A stretch of 64,000 nt of DNA, from positions 386,824-450,823 of the forward strand of contig OZ250142.1 of assembly GCA_965237445.1 (NCBI GenBank). Reading direction: 5' to 3'. Positions 30,756 to 40,001 of this stretch are shown here, piece by piece; the stretch's first letter is position 1; each line of letters starts with the position of its first letter. Under the pieces are notes generated by a model that saw nothing but the letters and a program-made list of their open reading frames with translations, ran no database searches and was not told the DNA's origin. Source of the stretch: Dehalococcoidia bacterium (lineage in GTDB: Bacteria > Chloroflexota > Dehalococcoidia > Lucifugimonadales > G963668185). A program made the position numbers and the translations under genes.

Positions 30756-32120
30756 TTATGCTTCCTCACACTGCTTTACTCTCAGGCCCGGAACAGACTC
30801 GTGGCCTCGGTCGGAGTGTCTGGAGATCAAGTCCGAATCTTTAAGAAAGTCCTGCTCCTGAGGATCGGTGGAGAACTGCCGCGCCCTGGCAAGGTAAAAC
30901 ACTGAAATGACGACCGGCAGGGCCGCGAGGCCCGACAGCGCAACGGTTATCCCAACCAGGGTGGCAGCCCCCCCGATAGCCATTCCGCCTAGCGACATCG
31001 TTCCCCAGGTGAAGCCCTGCAGCCCTATCATCCTGCCCCGGTACTCCTCCGGAGACACGACCTGAATCAGGGAAGAAGACAGCGAGTTAAACCCGCCCGA
31101 GGCCATCCCATTGAGAAACAGGAACACGGCCACAAGCGCGAACCATGGCGACACCGCCCACCCGATGACCATCGCCGAGTATCCCAGGGAGGCTAGCAGG
31201 TAACGTACATGCGTGGGTTTCAAGCTGGCGGAGCTCGCGATCAGAACTCCGGTAACCATGGACCCGACGCCCATTACTCCCATGAGGACTCCGAGCCCTG
31301 TCGCGCTGACGCCCAGGACCTCCCGCGCGAAGAAGGGAAGCATAAGTTGTGCGCTGTAAGCGAAGCATGACATGAGTATGTCCATGACCATGATCATTCG
31401 CATGTTCCTGTTGCGGTACGCGTAAGAGGCGCCTTCCGTCAGGCTGGACCAAACGGAGCGGCGCGGCCTGGGCTTCCTCTCAGTGGGCGGCAGCCGGAGA
31501 ATGCAGTAGGTTGCGACGATGAACGAGCTTGCGAGGAAGAAGAACGCCCCGCCGGTGCCCGCGAGGTCCGTGATCACACCGGCAATCACAGGGCTCGCGA
31601 TGCGCATGACGTCCGAGGCCAGGTAGTTGGCGGACATCGCATTCATCAGGCTCTCGCGACCTGCGAGGTCGAACGTAACCGCGTTGCGGGTGGGCATGCT
31701 GATCGCCATGATGATGCCCTGCAGCAGGGAGATGACTATCAGGTGCCACATCTGCACCCAATCCATGATCACCAGTGTCCCCAGCACAAGGCTGGTGCTC
31801 ATGTTGAACGTCTGCAGCGCGACCAGGAGTAAGCGCCGGTCGAATCTGTCGATAATTACGCCACCGATGGGCGACAGGAATGTGCTTCCGATTGCACGGA
31901 CCGCAGAAAGGATGCCGAGCCATAGCGGCGCGCTGGCGCCGCTCTCGTCCGTCAGGTCGACGACCAGCCAGCCCTGGGCGAGCATCCGGCCGCTCATCCC
32001 GGCGGACGACCAGAACATGCTGGCCCAGAACCACACGTAGCCCCTGATGCTGAAGGCTACGAACATCCTTCGCCGCGGTTCAGGCGGCCTCCTGGCAGGG
32101 CTCTGGGACCGGCTTGCCAT
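30756..32120 (-). CDS. MFS transporter
   Basis: 454 aa with about 12 hydrophobic segments and a D-R-x-x-R-R-like loop (IIDRFDRRLLL). Confidence 0.85.
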   Translation of the reverse strand: MASRSQSPARRPPEPRRRMFVAFSIRGYVWFWASMFWSSAGMSGRMLAQGWLVVDLTDESGASAPLWLGILSAVRAIGSTFLSPIGGVIIDRFDRRLLLVALQTFNMSTSLVLGTLVIMDWVQMWHLIVISLLQGIIMAISMPTRNAVTFDLAGRESLMNAMSANYLASDVMRIASPVIAGVITDLAGTGGAFFFLASSFIVATYCILRLPPTERKPRPRRSVWSSLTEGASYAYRNRNMRMIMVMDILMSCFAYSAQLMLPFFAREVLGVSATGLGVLMGVMGVGSMVTGVLIASSASLKPTHVRYLLASLGYSAMVIGWAVSPWFALVAVFLFLNGMASGGFNSLSSSLIQVVSPEEYRGRMIGLQGFTWGTMSLGGMAIGGAATLVGITVALSGLAALPVVISVFYLARARQFSTDPQEQDFLKDSDLISRHSDRGHESVPGLRVKQCEEA

Positions 32121-32206
32121 CCTTCCTCTCCGTAAAGGCCGCCCCTTATGTGCTGTGAAGAGGCAATGTTACTCCCCAGAACATCCGGCAACCAATGAGT
32201 TTTGGT

Positions 32207-32230
32207 GTTGCGGCAAGGCGAATCCGCAAC
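32207..32230. promoter_or_regulatory. Palindrome GTTGCGG-N10-CCGCAAC in the divergent MFS / Rieske-R1 intergenic region
   Basis: 7-bp perfect inverted repeat read directly from the sequence, about 85 nt upstream of the R1 ATG. Function is unknown. Confidence 0.25.
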
Positions 32231-32315
32231 TACAATCGCGCCACATGCCCGGCCGGGATAGCCGGAAAGAATGATCAGGCAATAGTAGTGCACACCGCGC
32301 TGCCCAGGAGGGGAA

Positions 32316-33536
32316 ATGCAGGCTCAATTTACTGGCGCATCGATACTTCGAGAGATCAAGAAGGGACTGCCGTACCGCTACTTCTACGCTCCTGAGCAAC
32401 ATCAGAAGGAACTGGATGTCTTCTGGTACGACATGTGGGTTTACGCCTTTCGGGCCGAGGAAGTGGCTTCGCCCAGGGACTACAAGGTCTTCACCGTGGG
32501 CGAGCAGAGTTGCGTCATCACCAGGGACCTCAAAGGCGTCCTACGAGCGTTCCACAACACCTGCCGTCACCGCGGGTCCATCCTGTGCACGGAGGAGTCC
32601 GGCCGCTTTGATGGCGGCTCGGTAGTCTGCCCGTACCACGCCTGGACATACTCGCTCGAGGGCAACCTGATCGCTACGCCCCACCAGTTGGAGTCGGCCG
32701 ACTTCGACATGAAGAACTATTCTCTTTACGAGGTGGCCGTGGGCGAGTGGGCCGGATACATTTTCGTGAACTTCGCCGGCGCCAATGCGGAGCCGCTGGA
32801 GCAGACGTTGGGCAACACCCCTGCCCGCCTCCAGAACTACCACATGGAAGAGTTGAAGCTTGGAAAGCGTATCGTTCTCGACGTGGAGGCCAACTGGAAG
32901 CTGCTGTTCGAGAACTTCTCCGAGTGCTTCCACTGCCCGGGGGTGCACCCGGAATTGTGCGACGTGATACCTATCTATGGCGAGGGCCTGCTCAGCGACC
33001 GGCAGAAAGATGATGGCGCAATGCTCATGGAGCAGGGCAAGGACTTCGAACCGACCGGAGGGCAGACGATGAGCCGAACGCAGCGGCTTGCGCCCGGCAA
33101 GGTGACACTCACGATGGACGGTACCACTAACCTGCCCTTCTTCCGTGACCTAACGGAAGAGGAGAGGAGCACCGGCTACAACGCCGCCGTGCTCAGACCC
33201 AACCTGTTCATCAACATACACCCGGACTTCATCCACACTCACAGGATGCTGCCCACCGGCCCCACCAGCGTTCAGATGACGTACGACTGGTTGTTCGAGC
33301 CGTCTTCGATGGAGTTGCCGGACTTCGACCTGGAAAAGATGGTTGAGCTCTGGGACATCACCAACCGGCAGGACGCCCAGAACTGCAAGTGGCAGCAGTC
33401 CGGCCTGGCCAGCAAAGAGGCCGATAACTGCACATTCGTACCACAGGAGATCGGTCCCTGGCGCTTCCACCAGTGGGTGCTGGAGAGGCTCGGCGAGGAG
33501 ACGGACCACAGCTACGAGGGGGACGTCAGGTACTAA
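32316..33536 (+). CDS. Rieske [2Fe-2S] non-heme-iron oxygenase alpha subunit, paralog R1 (most divergent)
   Basis: SD aggagg before the ATG. CRHRGSILC..x13..CPYHAW Rieske motif and ENFSECFHCPGVHPEL iron motif. Followed by its own terminator. Confidence 0.9.
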   Translation: MQAQFTGASILREIKKGLPYRYFYAPEQHQKELDVFWYDMWVYAFRAEEVASPRDYKVFTVGEQSCVITRDLKGVLRAFHNTCRHRGSILCTEESGRFDGGSVVCPYHAWTYSLEGNLIATPHQLESADFDMKNYSLYEVAVGEWAGYIFVNFAGANAEPLEQTLGNTPARLQNYHMEELKLGKRIVLDVEANWKLLFENFSECFHCPGVHPELCDVIPIYGEGLLSDRQKDDGAMLMEQGKDFEPTGGQTMSRTQRLAPGKVTLTMDGTTNLPFFRDLTEEERSTGYNAAVLRPNLFINIHPDFIHTHRMLPTGPTSVQMTYDWLFEPSSMELPDFDLEKMVELWDITNRQDAQNCKWQQSGLASKEADNCTFVPQEIGPWRFHQWVLERLGEETDHSYEGDVRY

Positions 33537-33567
33537 CCGCCGACTGCACAACCTAACGGTCTGAATA

Positions 33568-33605
33568 GCGGCCCCGCCAGCGCATGGCGGGGCCGCTTGT
33601 TTTCG
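33568..33605 (+). terminator. Intrinsic terminator after R1
   Basis: gcggccccgcc-agcgcat-ggcggggccgc (11-bp stem) followed by ttgttttcg. Confidence 0.75.
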
Positions 33606-33648
33606 TCTAACATAGCCGCAACTGCACTTGCTCGGAGGTGACCACGCT

Positions 33649-34827
33649 ATGTTAACGAGGCAATCATTCGCCAACAGCCCCGCAGCCATCGGCCGCATGG
33701 AATCGAGCTTCCCCAACCACTGGCACTACGACCCGGAGCACCACCGGAAGGAACTCGACGCCTTCTGGTACAGCATGTGGATCTACGCGTGCCGCTCCGA
33801 GGACGTGGGATCGCCGAGGGACTACAAGGTGGTCTCAGTTGGCGACCAGAACGTGGTCGTAACCAGGGACCTCAAGGGGAACGTCCGCGCCTTCCACAAC
33901 ACTTGCCGGCACCGCGGCTCGATACTGTGCACGCAGGACGAGGGCCGCTTCGAGGGCGGATCGATAGTCTGCCCCTACCACGCTTGGACATACTCGCTGG
34001 AGGGTAACCTGATCGCGACGCCTCACCAGCTAGAGTCGGCCGACTTCGACATGAAAGACTACTCACTTTACGGCGTGGCCGTGGGCGAATGGGGCGGCTT
34101 CGTGTTCGTCAACCTCGCGGGGGACCGGGCCGAGCCGCTGGAAAACGTGCTCGGCGACTTTCCGGAACGGTTCGCCAACTACCGCACTGAGGACCTGCGC
34201 CTGGGATACAGGTACGTAGCCGAGATCAAGACGAACTGGAAGCTGTGGTTCGAGAACTATATGGAGTGCTTCCACTGCCCGCAGGTCCACCCCGAGTTGT
34301 GCGCCGTTGTGCCGATCTATGCACTGGCGCTGGACGGGGGCTTCGCTCGCGACTGGGAAGGCACCGGCGGCGACACGATGGTCAGGGAGCTGGACATCAT
34401 TCCCGGCGCGAAGACCTGGACCATGGACGGCCAGCTCAGCGGCCCGGCGCTCAGCGGACTCAGCCAGCACGAGCTGGACAGCCCGCAGAACGGCGGCATG
34501 CTCAGACCGAGCTTCTTCCTGAACATGCACCCGGACTACGTTCACACGCAGCGCATGCTGCCCACGAGTCCGTCCACGGTCGAGATAACGTGGGACTACC
34601 TGTTCGAGCCGGAGACGATGGCGCGCGAGGACTTCGACGCCAAACGAGCGTACGAGCTCTGGCACATCACCAACCTCCAGGACGCTCAGAACGTGGAGTG
34701 GCAGCAGGCTGGCCTCATGGCCGGCAAGAACGTACACAAAAAGAGCCTGTTCGTGTCGAACGAACAGGGACCGTGGCGGTTCAACAGGTGGGTGGCAGAC
34801 AAGCTCAAGGAGGCCGGCGCAATCTAA
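33649..34827 (+). CDS. Rieske non-heme-iron oxygenase alpha subunit, paralog R2
   Basis: SD ggagg lies 11 nt before ATG 33649 (the ORF is open from TTG 33628). Same Rieske motif; ENYMECFHCPQVHPEL iron motif. Confidence 0.9.
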   Translation: MLTRQSFANSPAAIGRMESSFPNHWHYDPEHHRKELDAFWYSMWIYACRSEDVGSPRDYKVVSVGDQNVVVTRDLKGNVRAFHNTCRHRGSILCTQDEGRFEGGSIVCPYHAWTYSLEGNLIATPHQLESADFDMKDYSLYGVAVGEWGGFVFVNLAGDRAEPLENVLGDFPERFANYRTEDLRLGYRYVAEIKTNWKLWFENYMECFHCPQVHPELCAVVPIYALALDGGFARDWEGTGGDTMVRELDIIPGAKTWTMDGQLSGPALSGLSQHELDSPQNGGMLRPSFFLNMHPDYVHTQRMLPTSPSTVEITWDYLFEPETMAREDFDAKRAYELWHITNLQDAQNVEWQQAGLMAGKNVHKKSLFVSNEQGPWRFNRWVADKLKEAGAI

Positions 34828-34881
34828 CTTATTGCCGGTAGAAAGCAACACGCGGCGCAGGACAAGCAGGAGGTCCCAGAA

Positions 34882-36087
34882 ATGCAGGTTTACGACTACG
34901 ATCAGAGATCACGCGTGGTGCTGGACAAGCTGGAGCCCAGCTTTCCGAACAGCTGGCATTACGACCCCCAACACTACCAGAGGGAGCTCGAGACTTTCTG
35001 GTACCGGATGTGGATCAACGTCTGCAGGTCGGACGAGGTGGCCTCGCCCAGGGACTATAAAGTCGTTTCCATTGGTGAGCAGAACATCATCGTCACCAGG
35101 GACCTCAAGGGCATTTTGAGGGCCTTCCACAACACCTGCCGGCACCGAGGGTCGATCCTGTGCACGCAGGACGAGGGCCGCTTCGAGGGTGGCTCCATCG
35201 TCTGCCCGTACCACGCGTGGACATACTCGCTGGAAGGCAACCTGATCGCCACGCCGCACCAGTTGGAGTCGGCCGACTTCACAATGAAGGACTACACGCT
35301 TTACGAGGCGGGAGTCGGCGAGTGGGGCGGCTTCGTGTTCGTCAACCTCACGCCGGAAGAGGCCGAGCCGCTCGAAAAGGCGCTGGGAGACACGCCCCTG
35401 AAGTTCAAGAACTACCACCCGGAGAGACTCAAGCTGGGCTTTCGGTACGTCCATGAGATCAAGGCGAACTGGAAGTTATGGTTCGAGAACTACAGCGAGT
35501 GCTTCCACTGCCCGCAGGTCCACCCGGAGCTCATCAACATTGTGCCGATTTTCTCGAAGGGACTGGGCGACGTCAGGGAGGACCCGGAGTGGAAGCCTTC
35601 CGGCGGAGAAACGATGCTACTGCACGGTGGCTCGGACATCATTCCTGGCGGCAGAACCTGGACGATGGACGGTCAACTCAGCGGCCCCGCGTTCAGCGGC
35701 CTGACGGATGAAGAGGCGAACTGCGTCATCGGCGGCATGCAGCTCCGGCCGAACTTCTTCTTCGTTGCGCACCCGGACTATGTCCACACTCAGCAGATGA
35801 TCCCCACCAGCCCGACCACGGTGCAACTGACATGGGACTACCTGTTCGAGCCTGAGACGATGGAGCGCGACGACTTCGACGCCAAGCGGGGCTACGAGCT
35901 CTGGCACATCACCAACCTCCAGGACGCGCAGAACGTGGAGTGGCAGCAGGCGGGCATCGAGGGCGGCCGCAAGCACCACGAGTACAGTGGTTTCGTGCCG
36001 CAGGAGACGGGGCCGCACCAGTTCAATGGCTGGGTAATGGATGTTATGGAGGCCGCAGGGCACGAGGTGCTGAGGCGCGGCTCGTAG
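34882..36087 (+). CDS. Rieske non-heme-iron oxygenase alpha subunit, paralog R3
   Basis: SD aggagg before the ATG. Rieske and ENYSECFHCPQVHPEL motifs. 401 aa. Confidence 0.9.
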   Translation: MQVYDYDQRSRVVLDKLEPSFPNSWHYDPQHYQRELETFWYRMWINVCRSDEVASPRDYKVVSIGEQNIIVTRDLKGILRAFHNTCRHRGSILCTQDEGRFEGGSIVCPYHAWTYSLEGNLIATPHQLESADFTMKDYTLYEAGVGEWGGFVFVNLTPEEAEPLEKALGDTPLKFKNYHPERLKLGFRYVHEIKANWKLWFENYSECFHCPQVHPELINIVPIFSKGLGDVREDPEWKPSGGETMLLHGGSDIIPGGRTWTMDGQLSGPAFSGLTDEEANCVIGGMQLRPNFFFVAHPDYVHTQQMIPTSPTTVQLTWDYLFEPETMERDDFDAKRGYELWHITNLQDAQNVEWQQAGIEGGRKHHEYSGFVPQETGPHQFNGWVMDVMEAAGHEVLRRGS

Positions 36088-36158
36088 GCAGAGCATTACG
36101 GAAAGTACAGCGCGGCAACCGGAAGGACAACAAGACGGCCGGCAAGGGAGGTCAAACC

Positions 36159-37370
36159 ATGCAGGTGTATAGCTACGAGCAGCGAAAGAACAGGCGCGTT
36201 GTACTGGACAACATGGAGCCCAGCTTCCCGAACAGGTGGCACTACGACCCCGAACACTACCAGAGGGAGCTCGAGACGTTCTGGTACCGGATGTGGATCA
36301 ACGTCTGCAGGTCTGACGAGGTCGCCTCGCCCAGGGACTACAAGGTCGTTTCCATTGGGGAGCAGAACATCGTCGTCACACGGGACCTGAAGGGCAACCT
36401 GAGAGCGTTCCACAACACTTGCCGGCACCGAGGGTCGATCCTGTGCACTGAGGCCAATGGCCGCTTCGAGGGCGGCTCCATCGTCTGCCCGTACCACGCG
36501 TGGACGTACTCTCTGGAAGGCAATCTGATCGCGACGCCGCACCAATTGGAGTCGGCCGACTTCGACATGAAAGACTACTCGCTGTACGACGTGGCAATCG
36601 GCGAGTGGGGCGGCTTCGTGTTCGTGAACCTCACGCCGGAAGAGGCCGAGCCTCTCGAGAAGGCCCTGGGGGACACCCCCGTGAAGTTCAAGAACTACCA
36701 CCCGGAGAGGCTCAAGCTGGGATTCAGGTACGTGCATGAGATCAAGGCCAACTGGAAGCTGTGGTTCGAGAACTACAGCGAGTGCTTCCACTGCCCGCAG
36801 GTCCACCCGGAACTCATCAACATTGTGCCGATCTTCTCCAAAGGACTGGGCAGCGTCAGACAGGACCCGGAGTGGAAGCCATCAGGCGGGGAAACGATGC
36901 TGCTGCACGGCGGCTCGGACATCATTCCGGGCGGCCGGACGTGGACGATGGACGGTCAGCTCAGCGGACCCGCGTTCAGCGGGCTGACTGAAGAGGAGGC
37001 GAACTGCACCATGAGCGGCATGCAGCTCAGGCCGAACTTCTTCTTCGTAGCGCATCCGGACTACGTGCACACACAGCAGATGATCCCGACAAGCCCTACG
37101 ACGGTACAACTCACGTGGGACTACCTGTTCGAGCCGGAGACTATGGAGCGCGACGACTTCGACGCCAAGCGGGGCTACGAGCTCTGGCATGTCACCAACC
37201 TGCAGGACGCGCAGAACGTGGAGTGGCAGCAGGCGGGCATCGAGGGCGGCCGCAAGCACCACGAGTACAGCGTGTTCGTACCGCAGGAGCAGGGGCCGCA
37301 CCAGTTCAACAACTGGGTCATGGAGATCATGGAGGCCGCCGGGCACGAGGTAATCAGGCGCGACGGCTAG
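36159..37370 (+). CDS. Rieske non-heme-iron oxygenase alpha subunit, paralog R4
   Basis: SD gggagg before ATG 36159. The longer track ORF from 35940 overlaps the R3 3' end out of frame. 403 aa. Confidence 0.9.
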   Translation: MQVYSYEQRKNRRVVLDNMEPSFPNRWHYDPEHYQRELETFWYRMWINVCRSDEVASPRDYKVVSIGEQNIVVTRDLKGNLRAFHNTCRHRGSILCTEANGRFEGGSIVCPYHAWTYSLEGNLIATPHQLESADFDMKDYSLYDVAIGEWGGFVFVNLTPEEAEPLEKALGDTPVKFKNYHPERLKLGFRYVHEIKANWKLWFENYSECFHCPQVHPELINIVPIFSKGLGSVRQDPEWKPSGGETMLLHGGSDIIPGGRTWTMDGQLSGPAFSGLTEEEANCTMSGMQLRPNFFFVAHPDYVHTQQMIPTSPTTVQLTWDYLFEPETMERDDFDAKRGYELWHVTNLQDAQNVEWQQAGIEGGRKHHEYSVFVPQEQGPHQFNNWVMEIMEAAGHEVIRRDG

Positions 37371-37438
37371 GCCCGGGCCGTCCGGGCACCTTCGTCACGG
37401 CGTGAGCAGGAGACGCAGCGAACAGAAAGGAGACCTGC

Positions 37439-38650
37439 ATGACGCAGTTGTACACGTACGAGAGCAGGATGAGGATCAGGAGGCTCGACAAGCTGGAGCC
37501 GAGCTTCCCCAATAGCTGGCACTACGATCCTGAGCATTACCAGAAGGAACTCAAAGCCTTCTGGTATCGCATGTGGATCAACGTCTGCAGGTCGGACGAA
37601 ATCGCCTCGCCACGGGACTACAAGGTTGTCAGCATTGGCGATCAGAACCTCGTCCTCACGAAGGACCTCAAGGGCAAACTGAGAGCGTTCCACAACACGT
37701 GCCGGCACCGTGGCTCGATCCTGTGCACGCAAGACGAGGGCCGGTTCGAGGGCGGTTCCATCGTCTGCCCGTACCACGCGTGGACGTACTCACTGGAGGG
37801 GAAGCTGATCGCCACGCCGCACCAGCTTGAGTCGGCCGACTTCGCAATGAAAGACTACTCGCTCTACGACGTGGCTGTCGGAGAATGGGGCGGGTTCGTG
37901 TTCGTGAACCTGTCCCCGGACCCGGTCGAGCCGCTCGAAGCGGCGCTGGGAGACACGCCGGAGAAGTTCAAGAACTACCACCCGGAACGGCTGAAGGTGG
38001 GCTTCCGGTACGTGCATGAGATCAAGGGGAACTGGAAACTGTGGTTTGAGAACTTCTCGGAGTGCTACCACTGCCCGACGGTCCATCCGGAGCTCATCAG
38101 CATCGTGCCGATCTTTTCGAAGGGGCTTGGTCGAGTCAATCAAGACCCGGAGTGGAAGCCTTCCGGCGGGGACACAATGGTGCTGCACGGCGGCTCCGAT
38201 ATCATCCCCGGCGGCAGGACTTGGACCATGGACGGCCAACTCAGCGGCCCGACGTTCAGCGGCCTGACGGAAGAGGAGGCCACCAGTGTTATCAATGGGA
38301 TGCAACTCCGGCCAAACTTCTTCTTCATTGCGCACCCCGACTACGTGCATACGCAGCAGATGATCCCCACGAGCCCGACTACGGTACAGCTAACGTGGGA
38401 CTACCTGTTCGAGCCGGAGACGATGGAGCGCGACGACTTCGACGCCAAGCGGGCGTACGAGCTGTGGCACGTCACCAACCTCCAGGACGCGCAGAACGTG
38501 GAGTGGCAACAGGCCGGCATCGAGGGCGGCCGCAAGCACCACGAGTACAGCGTGTTCACGCCGCAGGAGACAGGTCCGCACCAGTTCAACCAGTGGGTCA
38601 TGGAGGTCATGGATGCCGCGGGGCACACAGTGCTGAGGCGCGGCTCGTAG
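37439..38650 (+). CDS. Rieske non-heme-iron oxygenase alpha subunit, paralog R5
   Basis: SD aaaggag before the ATG. Rieske motif and ENFSECYHCPTVHPEL. 403 aa. Confidence 0.9.
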   Translation: MTQLYTYESRMRIRRLDKLEPSFPNSWHYDPEHYQKELKAFWYRMWINVCRSDEIASPRDYKVVSIGDQNLVLTKDLKGKLRAFHNTCRHRGSILCTQDEGRFEGGSIVCPYHAWTYSLEGKLIATPHQLESADFAMKDYSLYDVAVGEWGGFVFVNLSPDPVEPLEAALGDTPEKFKNYHPERLKVGFRYVHEIKGNWKLWFENFSECYHCPTVHPELISIVPIFSKGLGRVNQDPEWKPSGGDTMVLHGGSDIIPGGRTWTMDGQLSGPTFSGLTEEEATSVINGMQLRPNFFFIAHPDYVHTQQMIPTSPTTVQLTWDYLFEPETMERDDFDAKRAYELWHVTNLQDAQNVEWQQAGIEGGRKHHEYSVFTPQETGPHQFNQWVMEVMDAAGHTVLRRGS

Positions 38651-38721
38651 GCAGAGCATTATGGAAAGTACAGCGCGGCACCCGGACGGACAGCAACTCG
38701 ACCGGCGACGGAGGTCAAACC

Positions 38722-39933
38722 ATGCAGGTGTATAGCTACGAGCAGAGAAAGAACAGGCGCGTCGTGCTGGACATGATGGAGCCGAGCTTCCCAAACAGCT
38801 GGCATTACGATCCTGACCACTACCGGAGGGAACTCGAGACGTTCTGGTACCGGATGTGGATCAATGTATGCAGGTCAGACGAGGTCGCATCGCCCAGGGA
38901 CTACAAGGTCGTCACCATCGGCGAGCAGAACATCGTCGTCAGCCGGGACCTCAAGGGCAATCTGAGGGCGTTCCACAACACCTGCAGGCACAGAGGCTCG
39001 ATCCTCTGCACTGAGGCCAAGGGACGGTTCGAGGGCGGCTCCATCGTCTGCCCGTACCACGCCTGGACCTACTCGCTGGAGGGCAAGCTGATCGCTACGC
39101 CCCACCAGCTTGAGTCGGCCGACTTCGACATGAACGACTACTCGCTGTATGGGGTGGCCGTCGGCGAGTGGGGCGGCTTCGTCTTCGTCAACCTCACTCC
39201 GGAGGAGGCCGAGCCGCTCGAGAAGGCGCTTGGCGACACTCCCCTAAAGTTCAAGAACTACCACCCGGAGAGGCTCAAGCTGGGCTTCCGTTACGTGAAG
39301 GAGATCAAGGCGAACTGGAAGCTGTGGTTTGAGAACTACAGCGAGTGCTTCCACTGCCCGCAGGTCCACCCGGAACTCATCAACATAGTGCCCATCTACT
39401 CAAAGGGACTGGGCAACGTCAGGCAAGACCCGGAGTGGAAGCCCTCCGGCGGAGAGACGATGCTGCTGCATGGCGCCTCGGACATCATTCCGGGCGGCAG
39501 AACGTGGACGATGGACGGCCAACTCAGCGGACCGGCGTTCAGCGGACTGACGGAAGAGGAGGCGAACTGCGTCATCAGCGGTATGCAGCTCAGGCCGAAC
39601 TTCTTCTTCGTGGCACATCCCGACTACGTGCACACACAGCAGATGATCCCAACGAGCCCGACCACGGTGCAGCTCACGTGGGACTACCTGTACGAGCCGG
39701 AGACGATGGAGCGCGACGACTTCGACGCCAAGCGAGGCTACGAGCTGTGGCACGTCACCAACCTGCAGGACGCGCAGAACGTCGAGTGGCAGCAGGCGGG
39801 CATCGAGGGCGGCCGCAAGCACCACGCGTACAGCGTGTTCGTGCCGCAGGAGACTGGGCCGCACCAGTTCAACAACTGGGTTATGGAGATCATGGAGGCT
39901 GCCGGTCACGAGGTGCTGAGGCGCGACAGTTAG
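38722..39933 (+). CDS. Rieske non-heme-iron oxygenase alpha subunit, paralog R6
   Basis: SD ggagg before ATG 38722. The 623-aa track ORF from 38062 is an out-of-frame read-through of R5. 403 aa. Confidence 0.9.
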   Translation: MQVYSYEQRKNRRVVLDMMEPSFPNSWHYDPDHYRRELETFWYRMWINVCRSDEVASPRDYKVVTIGEQNIVVSRDLKGNLRAFHNTCRHRGSILCTEAKGRFEGGSIVCPYHAWTYSLEGKLIATPHQLESADFDMNDYSLYGVAVGEWGGFVFVNLTPEEAEPLEKALGDTPLKFKNYHPERLKLGFRYVKEIKANWKLWFENYSECFHCPQVHPELINIVPIYSKGLGNVRQDPEWKPSGGETMLLHGASDIIPGGRTWTMDGQLSGPAFSGLTEEEANCVISGMQLRPNFFFVAHPDYVHTQQMIPTSPTTVQLTWDYLYEPETMERDDFDAKRGYELWHVTNLQDAQNVEWQQAGIEGGRKHHAYSVFVPQETGPHQFNNWVMEIMEAAGHEVLRRDS

Positions 39934-40001
39934 TCGGCAGCGGCAGGCCTGGCTCTCAAGGCGACCGGTAAGACGCAACCACACGGACGGAGGCCCGCAA
40001 G

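Noticed and set aside
38062-39933. 623-aa ORF that looks like a fused double oxygenase (also 35940-37370 and 43249-44589)
   Set aside because: The N-terminal extensions are out-of-frame read-throughs of the preceding paralog. Each downstream gene has its own SD and start codon (ATG 38722, ATG 36159, TTG 43375), aligned with the N-termini of the other copies.
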